Notes: generated from the letters alone by a model not told the origin. 64,000 bases of DNA from an uncultured Verrucomicrobiae bacterium (GCA_963744965.1 CAVUVT010000008.1:69767-133766), one strand, 5' to 3'; shown: positions 36,215 to 44,897, counted from the stretch's first letter. A program made the numbers and translations.

Positions 36215-36309
36215 CAAGCCAATGCCGCCGAAAATACCCCCGCCGCCGCGAATGGCAAGCCCGCGCCATTTCGCTTTTCCGCCGCCGCCATTTCGCCTAG
36301 CCTGCCGCC

Positions 36310-36999
36310 ATGTTCAAGCCAGCCGACTTGTTTGACCTGAGCCAGACCGAACACGCCGCCATTTTCGACGGCTGCAAATTCGCCTGGGACGTGCTCAAAA
36401 AAATTGAGGGTTACATCGCCGCGAATTTGAAACCGGCCCTCAACAACCGGTGCGAGGGCAGGGCATTCATCGGGGAAAGAGTTTTCATCGGCAAGGACAC
36501 GGTCGTCGAGGATGGCGTCATGATCAAAGGCCCGGCCATCATCGGCCGGGGCTGCCAGATCCGCCACAACACCTACATCCGCGAAAACGTCATCATCGGC
36601 GACGGCTGCGTCGTCGGCAATTCCAGCGAGCTGAAAAACTCGCTGCTGTTCAACAACGCGCAGGCGCCCCACTTCAATTACGTCGGCGACTCCATCCTCG
36701 GCTACAAGGCGCACCTCGGCGCGGGCGTGAAAATTTCCAATTACAAACTCTTCCCCGGCAACATTGAGGTGGAGATGGACGGCGTGCCGTTCGACACCGG
36801 CCTGCGCAAGTTCGGCGCGCTGCTCGGCGACGGCGCGGAAGCCGGCTGCAATGCCGTGTTGAACCCCGGCAGCATCATCGGGCGCGGCGCGGTGGTTTAC
36901 CCGAACGTCTTCTGGCGCGGCATCCTGCCCGCGAACATGATTGCCAAGAATAAAGCCGGCATTGACGTCGTCGTCAAACGGCCGAGAGAAAATCCCTGA
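36310..36999 (+). CDS. hexapeptide-repeat (left-handed beta-helix) transferase family protein
   Basis: Repeated [LIV]-G-x4 hexapeptides (IGERVFIGKDTVV, IIGDGCVVGNSS, LGAGVKISN). Confidence 0.75.
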   Translation: MFKPADLFDLSQTEHAAIFDGCKFAWDVLKKIEGYIAANLKPALNNRCEGRAFIGERVFIGKDTVVEDGVMIKGPAIIGRGCQIRHNTYIRENVIIGDGCVVGNSSELKNSLLFNNAQAPHFNYVGDSILGYKAHLGAGVKISNYKLFPGNIEVEMDGVPFDTGLRKFGALLGDGAEAGCNAVLNPGSIIGRGAVVYPNVFWRGILPANMIAKNKAGIDVVVKRPRENP

Positions 37000-37061
37000 A
37001 TGCCACGATACGATGAGGGCAAGCGACCCGCCAAAGATGGCTGGCTCACCGCGCTTTCGCG

Positions 37062-38222
37062 TCAAATCATTTCGCGAATTTTCTGCACGCAGTGTTCCAG
37101 CGATTCATCCGGCTGCAATTCAATCCATTCTAGATTTTTCTGGGCGCGGAACCAGGTCAGTTGCCGCCTGGCAAACTGCCGGGTGCGGATTTTCACCAGC
37201 TCGATGGTTTCCGCCAATGACCGTTCGCCGCGCAGATGTTCCACCACCTGCCGGTAGCCGATGGCCTGCATCGCCGTTTTGTTTTCCGCCAGGCCGCGCT
37301 TGAGCAATTCGCGCGTCTCGTCCACCAAACCGCGCCGGAACATCGCGTCCACGCGGGCGTTGATGCGGGCGTGCAAATCGGAACTTGAACGGGTGAACAC
37401 GAAAAAGAAATTCCTGGAGGGAAGCGCTTCGTCGCTTCCCTGTTTCTTTGGAGAATCGGGGCACTGACGAAGCAGTGCCCTCCAAGGTTTGCCGGGAATC
37501 TCGCCCCACCGTGATTGCTGTGCGGAGAATGGTTTGCCCGTCAAGCGAATCACTTCCACGGCACGAATGACACGGCGCGGATTTTGGCGGTCAATTTTTT
37601 CGTAAGCCGCCGGATCGCGTTCGCACAGTTCGGCCAGCAATTTTTCCAGCGGCATGGTTTCGAGTTCAGCGCGCAATTTTGCGTCGGCAGACGGCGCATC
37701 GCCCAACCCTTCGAGAAAGGCCTTGAAGTAAAGTCCGGTGCCGCCGCAGAGAACCGGCACGTGGCCGCACGACTGGATTTCCGCGACGGCGCGGTGCGCG
37801 AGCCGGGTGAACTGCGCGGCGTCGAATGATTCGGTCAGATCAAGAATATCAACCAGGTGATGCGGCACACGGGCGCGGTCGGCGGGCGATGGCTTGGCCG
37901 TGCCGATGTCGAGTCCGCGATAGACCTGCATGGAATCGGCGGAAATGATTTCGCCGCCGAGTTGTTCCGCGAGGCGCAGGGCGATTTCGGATTTGCCAGT
38001 GGCGGTCGGACCGGCGAGGAGGACGGGGCGGGAATTCCCCGAACGAATTTGCGCTTTGAACCCCTGAACCGGGGCACAGTCTCTGGGAGCGCTGGCGTCT
38101 CGCCGGCGGGTTCCGGCTTTCGGCTCCCGACTGGCTGGCGGGACGCCGGCGCTCCCAGGTGGTTCGTGGGGAGGATGGTGGTCGGGAGTATTTGCCATCT
38201 TCAATCCTCCATTCTCCATCAT
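37062..38222 (-). CDS. miaA: tRNA dimethylallyltransferase MiaA with repeat-derived extensions
   Basis: P-loop GPTATGKSEIAL, and DSMQVYRGLDIGTAKP. About 75 aa of N-terminal extension and an internal insert coincide with palindromic DNA elements. Start uncertain. Confidence 0.88.
   Translation of the reverse strand: MMENGGLKMANTPDHHPPHEPPGSAGVPPASREPKAGTRRRDASAPRDCAPVQGFKAQIRSGNSRPVLLAGPTATGKSEIALRLAEQLGGEIISADSMQVYRGLDIGTAKPSPADRARVPHHLVDILDLTESFDAAQFTRLAHRAVAEIQSCGHVPVLCGGTGLYFKAFLEGLGDAPSADAKLRAELETMPLEKLLAELCERDPAAYEKIDRQNPRRVIRAVEVIRLTGKPFSAQQSRWGEIPGKPWRALLRQCPDSPKKQGSDEALPSRNFFFVFTRSSSDLHARINARVDAMFRRGLVDETRELLKRGLAENKTAMQAIGYRQVVEHLRGERSLAETIELVKIRTRQFARRQLTWFRAQKNLEWIELQPDESLEHCVQKIREMI
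37416..37483. repeat. family 3 double-hairpin element inside miaA
   Basis: GGAGGGAAGCGCTTCGTCGCTTCCC...GGGGCACTGACGAAGCAGTGCCCTCC. The first 25 nt are identical to the birA copy. Confidence 0.85.
38086..38155. repeat. GGARCGCCGG-type palindromic element in the miaA 5' region
   Basis: GGAGCGCTGGCGTCTCGCCGGCGGG...CTGGCGGGACGCCGGCGCTCC. Confidence 0.7.
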
Positions 38223-39025
38223 CGTTTAATTCCACGTTGCGAGAGCATGGCCGCGATCAAAAGACCGGCAACAAAGATGGGAATGCTGACCAGTTGCGCC
38301 GAGGTCAGGCCGCTGTGGATGTGGTCCGGCGGGTAATCGCCACGGAACAATTCCACCACGGACCGGAACACGGCGTAGCCGATGAGATAGGTGGCGAACA
38401 CCTGGCCGTCGAATTTTTTGCGGCGGAACAGCCAGGCCAAAAAAAGATAAAGCATGAAGTTCAACAGCGCGTCGTAAATTTCCGTGGGATGCACCGGCAA
38501 CGAAGGGTCGCCCCTGCCCACCAGTCCCGCCTGGAAGTGTTGCTGCCAGGCGGCGGATTGATTGGGAAAGCGGATGGCCCAGGGCAGATGGCACACGCGG
38601 CCGTAACAGCAGCCGTTCAGCAGGCAGCCGATGCGGCCGATGGCGTTCCCCAACGCGATGCTCGGCGCGAGGATGTCGGCGATTTTCCACCCCGACAGTT
38701 TATTCCAGCGGACGTAAATAATGAAGGCCAGCACCGCCCCGATAAGGCTGCCGTAATAGACCAGTCCGCCGTGCTGGATCATGAATATTTCCGAAAACGG
38801 CTGATGGGCAAATTCATCCCAATAGGTCGTCACATAAACGGTGCGGGCGCCAACCATCCCGGCAAGCATGATCCAAAACACGAGGTCGGCGATTCTTTCG
38901 CCGGGGATGTTTTCGCGCCGGGCGCGGCGGGTGGCCGTCCAAAGCCCCGCCAGGAAGGCCAGCGCAATCATCACGCCATACCAATGGATCGTGAAAGAAC
39001 CGAGTTGAAACGCGATCGGATACAC
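38219..39025 (-). CDS. lgt: phosphatidylglycerol--prolipoprotein diacylglyceryl transferase
   Basis: MYPIAFQLGSFTIHWYGVMIALAF, and HPTEIY motif. Confidence 0.95.
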   Translation of the reverse strand: MYPIAFQLGSFTIHWYGVMIALAFLAGLWTATRRARRENIPGERIADLVFWIMLAGMVGARTVYVTTYWDEFAHQPFSEIFMIQHGGLVYYGSLIGAVLAFIIYVRWNKLSGWKIADILAPSIALGNAIGRIGCLLNGCCYGRVCHLPWAIRFPNQSAAWQQHFQAGLVGRGDPSLPVHPTEIYDALLNFMLYLFLAWLFRRKKFDGQVFATYLIGYAVFRSVVELFRGDYPPDHIHSGLTSAQLVSIPIFVAGLLIAAMLSQRGIKR

Positions 39026-39076
39026 GGCGGGAAATTAAGGTGTGGCGGCGGAAATGGAAATTGAAATTCGCGGACG

Positions 39077-40081
39077 TCAGTTGGGATTGGTGGCGGCCAC
39101 CGGATGCAGGCGCTGCGTCAACTGGGGCGGTATCGGCGGCATCAATGCCGGTGGCAACGGCGGCCATTCGGGGACGTGCGTGACGAGATCGCGCCAGGTC
39201 TGGCGTTCCTTCGGGGACAATTGCGACCAGCGCTGGGCATTCTTCAAAAAATCCTGTTTTTCCGGCGCGCTCATGCCGGCAAATTCCGTAAACGCGCGGA
39301 TGCACTTCAGGCGTTGCGCCGGAGGCAATTTCCCAAACGTCTCAAGCGTTTTTTCCATTTGCTGCCGCTCGGCATCCGACAGGGTGTTGAGCGCTTTCTT
39401 TTTTTCCATCGGCGTCAGTTCAAAAAACTGGTTGAATTGGGCGGCGATCTTCTGGCGCTGGTCTTCGGAAAGCGTGTTCGAATGCGCCAGATCGGGACCC
39501 GGCGGGCCGTGACGCCATCCAAGGGCCGGCGGCATGGGCGGCATCGGCGGGTTGATGGGCAACTCCACGTGGGTGAAGTAACGCAGGGCGTGCTCGCTCT
39601 CAAAAAATTCCTCCTGCAATGGCGGCGGCAGGATGTCCCATTGCATGAGGTGGGCTTTGACCAGGGGCCGCAAATCGTCCGGGACGACCGCCAGGCGCGC
39701 GGCGCGGTTTGTCGGGGATTCGTGCATGAGGGGGGGCAAATACCAGCGTAGTTCGGTGGCGCGCAGGCGCAATTCACGCTCATTCGGGTCGAGCGCCTCA
39801 TATTCATGCACCTTGGCGAGAATGTGGTCGCGGATTCCCGGCGGCCGATTCGTCAGGTAATTTTGCCGCTCGGCGGGTGTCATCGCCAGCAGTTCACGGA
39901 ATAAATCCACGGGTGACTTCAAGTGCGGCATGGGCGGCAACAAGAGATTGGTCGGCGCGGAAAATATTTTTTGCGGAGCGGGAACATTCGTGACGGTTTC
40001 GGCGCGGAGCTGGAAAACAGCGATTTGGCCCACCGCGAAAACCGTGGCCAGCCAGCGACGCGCCTGCCACAAACGGCTCAT
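39077..40081 (-). CDS. secreted DUF3106-like repeat protein
   Basis: Signal peptide and repeated P-x-E-R/K-Q-containing helices (TPAERQNYL, SAPEKQDFL, SPKERQTW). Confidence 0.6.
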   Translation of the reverse strand: MSRLWQARRWLATVFAVGQIAVFQLRAETVTNVPAPQKIFSAPTNLLLPPMPHLKSPVDLFRELLAMTPAERQNYLTNRPPGIRDHILAKVHEYEALDPNERELRLRATELRWYLPPLMHESPTNRAARLAVVPDDLRPLVKAHLMQWDILPPPLQEEFFESEHALRYFTHVELPINPPMPPMPPALGWRHGPPGPDLAHSNTLSEDQRQKIAAQFNQFFELTPMEKKKALNTLSDAERQQMEKTLETFGKLPPAQRLKCIRAFTEFAGMSAPEKQDFLKNAQRWSQLSPKERQTWRDLVTHVPEWPPLPPALMPPIPPQLTQRLHPVAATNPN

Positions 40082-40569
40082 TGCATCAATGCCAGCAATT
40101 CGTCATCCGCGTGCTGCGGCTGGCTCATGCGGCGAATGGCGTCGAAATTTTCCAGCGCTTCCGGGCTGGGCATCGGTTGTCCCCCGGTCACGAGCGCAAC
40201 GTTTCGGGCGAGCGCAATACGCTGGCGGTAAATTTCATGGTGCTGAAAGGCCAAACCGGTGAACGCAATCACCGCTGCGGCAAAGGCGACGCGCGGCACC
40301 AGCGTGTGCCAGTTCCAACGCCAGTTCCAGGCGCGTGGCCGGGCCGCTTCGCGTTCAACCGCCTGAAGCACGCGCGCGGTGAAATTCGAGGGCACGGGCG
40401 CATCCGGCAATTGGGTGAGGGCGGCATTCAAGGCTGATTCCATTTCCCAATCCACGCGGGCGTCGGGATTGGCCGCGAGATAAGCGCGCCATTCGGCTTG
40501 TTCAGCTTCAGTGAGATTCCGCCGCCAGCCTGATTCGCGGAGTTTGGAATGGAGTTCGTTGTCTTTCAT
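40078..40569 (-). CDS. putative anti-sigma-like single-pass membrane protein
   Basis: Cytoplasmic helical N-terminus, one TM (VAFAAAVIAFTGLAF). 4-nt overlap with the downstream gene. No sigma gene is adjacent. Confidence 0.5.
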   Translation of the reverse strand: MKDNELHSKLRESGWRRNLTEAEQAEWRAYLAANPDARVDWEMESALNAALTQLPDAPVPSNFTARVLQAVEREAARPRAWNWRWNWHTLVPRVAFAAAVIAFTGLAFQHHEIYRQRIALARNVALVTGGQPMPSPEALENFDAIRRMSQPQHADDELLALMQ

Positions 40570-40692
40570 GGTCTCGCTTTGGATTAAAAACCAGGGTTCG
40601 GACAAAGTTGCTCAAAAAATTGAAAGCGCAACTGGCTGTTCAAAACCGGTTGGGTATGCTAATAACAATGCAGCCTTAATGCGCTAAAATCC

Positions 40693-41832
40693 ATGGCCGC
40701 CATTGCCACCAACGCCAACGCCGACGCGCCCGCCGCTTCGGGCAAACTGACGAAGCGCCGCCGGTTTCTCGACGCCTGCCATTGCCGCGCAACGGATCGC
40801 CCGCCGGTCTGGCTGATGCGGCAGGCCGGGCGCGCCCTGCCGGAGTATCGCGAACTGAAGGAAAAACGTTCCTTTTTGGAATTGATTCAAACACCCGGGC
40901 TGGCCGCCGAAGTCACCCTCCAGCCGGTCCGGCGATTCGGATTCGATGCGGCGATTCTGTTCAGCGACATCCTCGTCATTCCCGAAGCGATGGGTCAGCC
41001 TTACCGTTTCCGTGAAACCGGCGGCCTGGTCATGGACTTTGCCGTGCGCACCAAGGCCGATGTCGAGCGCCTTTCCGTCGAGCGCGTGGTCGAACGCCTC
41101 GGTTACGTGGACCAGGCGTTGCGTCTGGTCCGAAAGGAACTCGGCGACCAGACCGCACTCATCGGCTTCTCGGGTTCGCCGTGGACGCTGGCCACGTTTA
41201 TGATGGAAGGCGGCAGCGCCGAAAAATACACCCGCGCCTTGAGCCTGTTTCGGGAAGACCGGAAAACTTTTTATACGTTCGCTGAAAAACTCACCGCTGC
41301 CATCACCGCTTATCTGCAAATGCAAATCAACGCCGGCGCGGATGCGCTCCAGATTTTCGACAGCCACGGCGGCCAGCTCGCGCCGACGGAATTTCAGGAG
41401 GCCTCCGGTCGCTGGATAAAGGACATTGTCGCTGCAATCGGAACGCCGGCCTCCGGCACGGCGCAAGGAGCGGCTTTCGCAGAACCCGCCGTGCCGGAGG
41501 CCGGCGCTCCAACCATCGTCTTCTCCCTCGGCACGCACGGGAATTGGGATGACCTGCTGGCGACCGGGGCCAGCGTGCTGGGCATAGACTGGCAATTTCC
41601 GCTGGCCCACGCCCGCCGGCTGTTGCCCGCGGACATCGCTCTGCAAGGCAATCTTGCGCCCGCGCTGCTCAACGACGCCGCACCGGAAGTTGTCGCACGG
41701 GAAACGCGGGCGGTGCTCGAGGCCATGCGTGGCCGCAAAGGCCATATTTTCAACCTGGGACACGGCGTGCCACCCAATGCGAAATTGGAAAACATCGCCG
41801 CCTTGGTCGAAACGGTGAAAAATTTCAAATGA
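40693..41832 (+). CDS. hemE: uroporphyrinogen decarboxylase
   Basis: PPVWLMRQAGRALPEYRE signature and overall HemE length. Confidence 0.95.
   Translation: MAAIATNANADAPAASGKLTKRRRFLDACHCRATDRPPVWLMRQAGRALPEYRELKEKRSFLELIQTPGLAAEVTLQPVRRFGFDAAILFSDILVIPEAMGQPYRFRETGGLVMDFAVRTKADVERLSVERVVERLGYVDQALRLVRKELGDQTALIGFSGSPWTLATFMMEGGSAEKYTRALSLFREDRKTFYTFAEKLTAAITAYLQMQINAGADALQIFDSHGGQLAPTEFQEASGRWIKDIVAAIGTPASGTAQGAAFAEPAVPEAGAPTIVFSLGTHGNWDDLLATGASVLGIDWQFPLAHARRLLPADIALQGNLAPALLNDAAPEVVARETRAVLEAMRGRKGHIFNLGHGVPPNAKLENIAALVETVKNFK
41440..41510. repeat. GGARCGCCGG-type palindromic element inside hemE
   Basis: Perfect 19-nt arms GCCGGCCTCCGGCACGGCG (41445-41463) and CGCCGTGCCGGAGGCCGGC (41487-41505). 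Confidence 0.85.
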
Positions 41833-41852
41833 ACGGCATGGTTGAACGCTTT

Positions 41853-41922
41853 GTAGCCGCGGACGTCAGTCCGCGCATTCTCATTTTTAGGCGGATCAGC
41901 GCCGACTGACGTCGGCGGCTAC
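41853..41922. repeat. REPIN (GTAGCCGC type) between hemE and hemN
   Basis: GTAGCCGCGGACGTCAGTCCGCG ... GCGCCGACTGACGTCGGCGGCTAC. Two inverted GTAG+hairpin units. Confidence 0.85.
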
Positions 41923-41933
41923 ATTCAATTGAC

Positions 41934-43313
41934 ATGAGCACGCTCAAAGTTGATCTCGATCTGGTGCAGAAATACAACGTGGCCGGGCCGCGTTATACCA
42001 GCTACCCGCCGGCCACGAAATTCACCGACGCGATAACGTGGCCGCAACTGGCCGAAAAAATCTCGGAGAACAACCGGACCGGGCGCGGCCTTTCACTCTA
42101 TTTTCACATTCCCTTCTGCGAGACGCTTTGCTGGTTCTGCGGCTGCACCACCGTCATCACGCTCAACCACGACAAGGGCATGGACTATGTGAATTGCCTG
42201 GGCCGCGAGGTGGCGGAGATGGCGCCGCGGTTGAATCCGCAGCGCCAAGCCGGGCAACTCCACTTCGGCGGCGGTTCGCCAACTTTTTTACAGCCCGACG
42301 AAATCCGCCGGCTCGGCGAAATCATCCACCAACACTTCACGTTTGCGCCGGGCATCGAAGCCAGCGTGGAAGTGGACCCGCGCCGGCTCACGCGCGAGCA
42401 CCTGGTCGCGCTGCGCAAAATTGGTTTCAACCGCGCCTCGATGGGCGTGCAGGATTTCAACCCGAAAGTCCAGGAAGCCGTCCACCGCATCCAGCCGCGC
42501 GCGATGACGCAGCAGGCGATGGATTGGATGCGCGAGCTGGGTTATGGCTCGATCAACCTCGACCTCATCTACGGCCTGCCGCATCAGACGCCGGAGTCGT
42601 TCAACGAAACGCTCGACACCGTGCTGGAAATGAAGCCGGACCGGCTCGCCGTTTTCAGCTACGCGCACGTGCCGTGGGTCAAGCCCGCCCAAAAAATCCT
42701 GGAGCAGCAACAGCATCTTCCCGATGCTGGGACCAAACTTCAACTTCTCAAGCTGGTCATTGAGAAACTCACTGCCCATAACCAATACGTCTATATTGGC
42801 ATGGACCATTTCGCGCGGCCCAACGACGAACTGGCCGTGGCGCAGCGCAACAAACAACTCCAGCGCAATTTCCAGGGCTACAGCACCCGCGCCGGTTCGG
42901 ATATTTATGCGTTCGGCATGTCCAGCATCTCGCAGATTCCGGAAGCCTACTGGCAGAACGAGAAGGAACTGCCGAAATGGCAGGAGGCCGTGGATGCCGG
43001 ACGGGTGCCGCTCCAGCGCGCGTATTTCCTGACCGACGAGGACAAAATCCGCCGCGAAACCATCATGCGTGTGATGTGCGACCTCTCGCTCGATTACGCC
43101 GCCATGTCGCAAAAACTCGGCATCAACTTTACGGAACACTTTGCAGCGGAACTTGCGTCGCTCGCACCACTGGAAGCCGACAGCCTGGTACGCCGCACGC
43201 CGACCGGCCTGGAGGTGACCGACACCGGTCGCCTGTTCATCCGCAACATCGCGATGTGCTTCGACAACACCCTCGCGCCCGTGGGTGAACGGAAACATTC
43301 GAGGACGATTTGA
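41934..43313 (+). CDS. hemN: oxygen-independent coproporphyrinogen III oxidase (radical SAM)
   Basis: LYFHIPFCETLCWFCGC (CxxxCxxC) and HemN-length C-terminal domain. Confidence 0.95.
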   Translation: MSTLKVDLDLVQKYNVAGPRYTSYPPATKFTDAITWPQLAEKISENNRTGRGLSLYFHIPFCETLCWFCGCTTVITLNHDKGMDYVNCLGREVAEMAPRLNPQRQAGQLHFGGGSPTFLQPDEIRRLGEIIHQHFTFAPGIEASVEVDPRRLTREHLVALRKIGFNRASMGVQDFNPKVQEAVHRIQPRAMTQQAMDWMRELGYGSINLDLIYGLPHQTPESFNETLDTVLEMKPDRLAVFSYAHVPWVKPAQKILEQQQHLPDAGTKLQLLKLVIEKLTAHNQYVYIGMDHFARPNDELAVAQRNKQLQRNFQGYSTRAGSDIYAFGMSSISQIPEAYWQNEKELPKWQEAVDAGRVPLQRAYFLTDEDKIRRETIMRVMCDLSLDYAAMSQKLGINFTEHFAAELASLAPLEADSLVRRTPTGLEVTDTGRLFIRNIAMCFDNTLAPVGERKHSRTI

Positions 43314-43318
43314 TTTTT

Positions 43319-43463
43319 AGCCACAGATGAAACACAGATTGAACACAGATAAAAAATCTGACTGACCCGGCAGCGCTGGTGTTATATGTCACGATGACTT
43401 CGCAAGTTTTATCAAAGCAGAATTGTCATTTATCTGTGTTTCATCTGTGTTCAATCTGTGGCT
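43319..43463. mobile_element. MITE-like element with AGCCACAGAT-type arrayed terminal inverted repeats
   Basis: Left arm AGCCACAGATGAAACACAGATTGAACACAGATAAA. Right arm TTTATCTGTGTTTCATCTGTGTTCAATCTGTGGCT. Non-coding core of about 75 nt. Confidence 0.7.
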
Positions 43464-43475
43464 GAATAAATTTCA

Positions 43476-44897
43476 ATGAAATCCATCGCCATCATCGGGG
43501 CCGGCATCGCGGGATTGACCGCGGCGTTTTATCTGAAACGCAAGGGCATTCCGGTCACGGTCTATGAAGCCAGCGGACGCGTGGGCGGTGTGATTCAGTC
43601 GCTGCGCCAGGACGGCTGGCTCGCCGAGTTCGGGCCGAACACGCTGCTCGAAACGTCACCCAAGATTGGCCAGCTTGTCCGCGACGCCGATTTGCAGCCG
43701 CGCCGGCTGGATCCGGACCCGAAGGCCGAGGCGCGGTATGTCGTTCGTTACGGGCGTCCTATTGCGATGCCCGGTTCGCCGCTGGGTTTTTTTACGACGA
43801 AACTTTTCACCGCCGGGGCCAAGCTGGCCGTGCTGCGCGAGCCGTTCAGGCCGCGCCGCCGCGATGGCGTGGAGGAGAGCATTGCGCAATTCGTCGTGCG
43901 CCGGCTGAACCAGGAATTTCTCGACCACGCGATTGACGCGCTCGTGGCCGGAATTTACGCGGGCGATCCGCACCAGCTTTCCTTGACGCACGCTTTTCCG
44001 AAGCTCAAGGCGCTGGAGGACAAATACGGCTCGCTCATCAAGGGCCAGATTTTTGGCGCGCGCGACCGCAAAAAATCCGGCGAGGTGGCCAAGGACCGCG
44101 CGCCGAAATTTTCGTTTGATGAAGGCTTGCAGGTTTTGCCGGAAACACTGGCGGCGCAGCTCGGTGAGGCGGTGAGGCTGAACATCACGGTTACAAAGCT
44201 GACGCAGACTGGCGATGGTTGGCGCGTGGCAACTTCCAATGGTGAATCGGAACACAGCGCGGTGATTTATTGTGGGACGGCGTATCAGTTGGCGGAGTTG
44301 AAGTTGGAAGGTAGGGCGGGCAGTCCTCTGCCCGCCGACGGCGTGCACGGAGTGACGCGCCCTACCAGCGAAATGGACCTCTTGCCATTTTCCGAAATCC
44401 GTTATCCGCCGGTGGCCAGCGTGGTGCTGGGATTTCGCCGCGAGGACGTGGCGCATCCGTGCGAAGGCTTCGGTATGTTGATTCCCAAAATCGAAGGCTT
44501 CAAAATTCTCGGCACGATTTTCTCGTCATCGCTGTTTCCCAATCGCGCGCCCGCCGGCCATCTGACGCTGACAAGTTACATCGGCGGCGAGCGGTATCCG
44601 GAACTGGCCCTGCTGCCGGCGGAGAAACTGGTCGCGCTGGCGGGTGACGACCTGCGGGTGCTGCTGGGCGTGACTGGCAAACCGGCCTTCCAGCATTGTG
44701 TGCTTTATCCTAAGGCGATTCCGCAATACAACGTCGGTTACGGCCGTTACCGCGGGCTGATGAACGAAATCGAAAACCGGGCCGCCGGTTTGTTTTTCGC
44801 CGGTCATTATCGCGACGGTGTTTCACTGGGCGACACGATTGTGTCCGGTGTTAATATCGTGGAACGGGTCGCAGAATTTTTCAATTCCCGCGCATGA
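43476..44897 (+). CDS. hemY: protoporphyrinogen/coproporphyrinogen oxidase (FAD, HemY type)
   Basis: IAIIGAGIAGLTAAFYL dinucleotide fold, and GRVGGVIQS. Confidence 0.9.
   Translation: MKSIAIIGAGIAGLTAAFYLKRKGIPVTVYEASGRVGGVIQSLRQDGWLAEFGPNTLLETSPKIGQLVRDADLQPRRLDPDPKAEARYVVRYGRPIAMPGSPLGFFTTKLFTAGAKLAVLREPFRPRRRDGVEESIAQFVVRRLNQEFLDHAIDALVAGIYAGDPHQLSLTHAFPKLKALEDKYGSLIKGQIFGARDRKKSGEVAKDRAPKFSFDEGLQVLPETLAAQLGEAVRLNITVTKLTQTGDGWRVATSNGESEHSAVIYCGTAYQLAELKLEGRAGSPLPADGVHGVTRPTSEMDLLPFSEIRYPPVASVVLGFRREDVAHPCEGFGMLIPKIEGFKILGTIFSSSLFPNRAPAGHLTLTSYIGGERYPELALLPAEKLVALAGDDLRVLLGVTGKPAFQHCVLYPKAIPQYNVGYGRYRGLMNEIENRAAGLFFAGHYRDGVSLGDTIVSGVNIVERVAEFFNSRA
44310..44365. repeat. GTAG-type REPIN inside hemY
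   Basis: GGTAGGGCGGGCAGTCCTCTGCCCGCC...CGCGCCCTACC, translated as GRAGSPLPADGVHGVTRPT. Confidence 0.75.

Noticed and set aside
40684-41763. 359-aa minus-strand ORF
   Set aside because: Antisense to hemE, with an R/G-rich shadow-frame composition.
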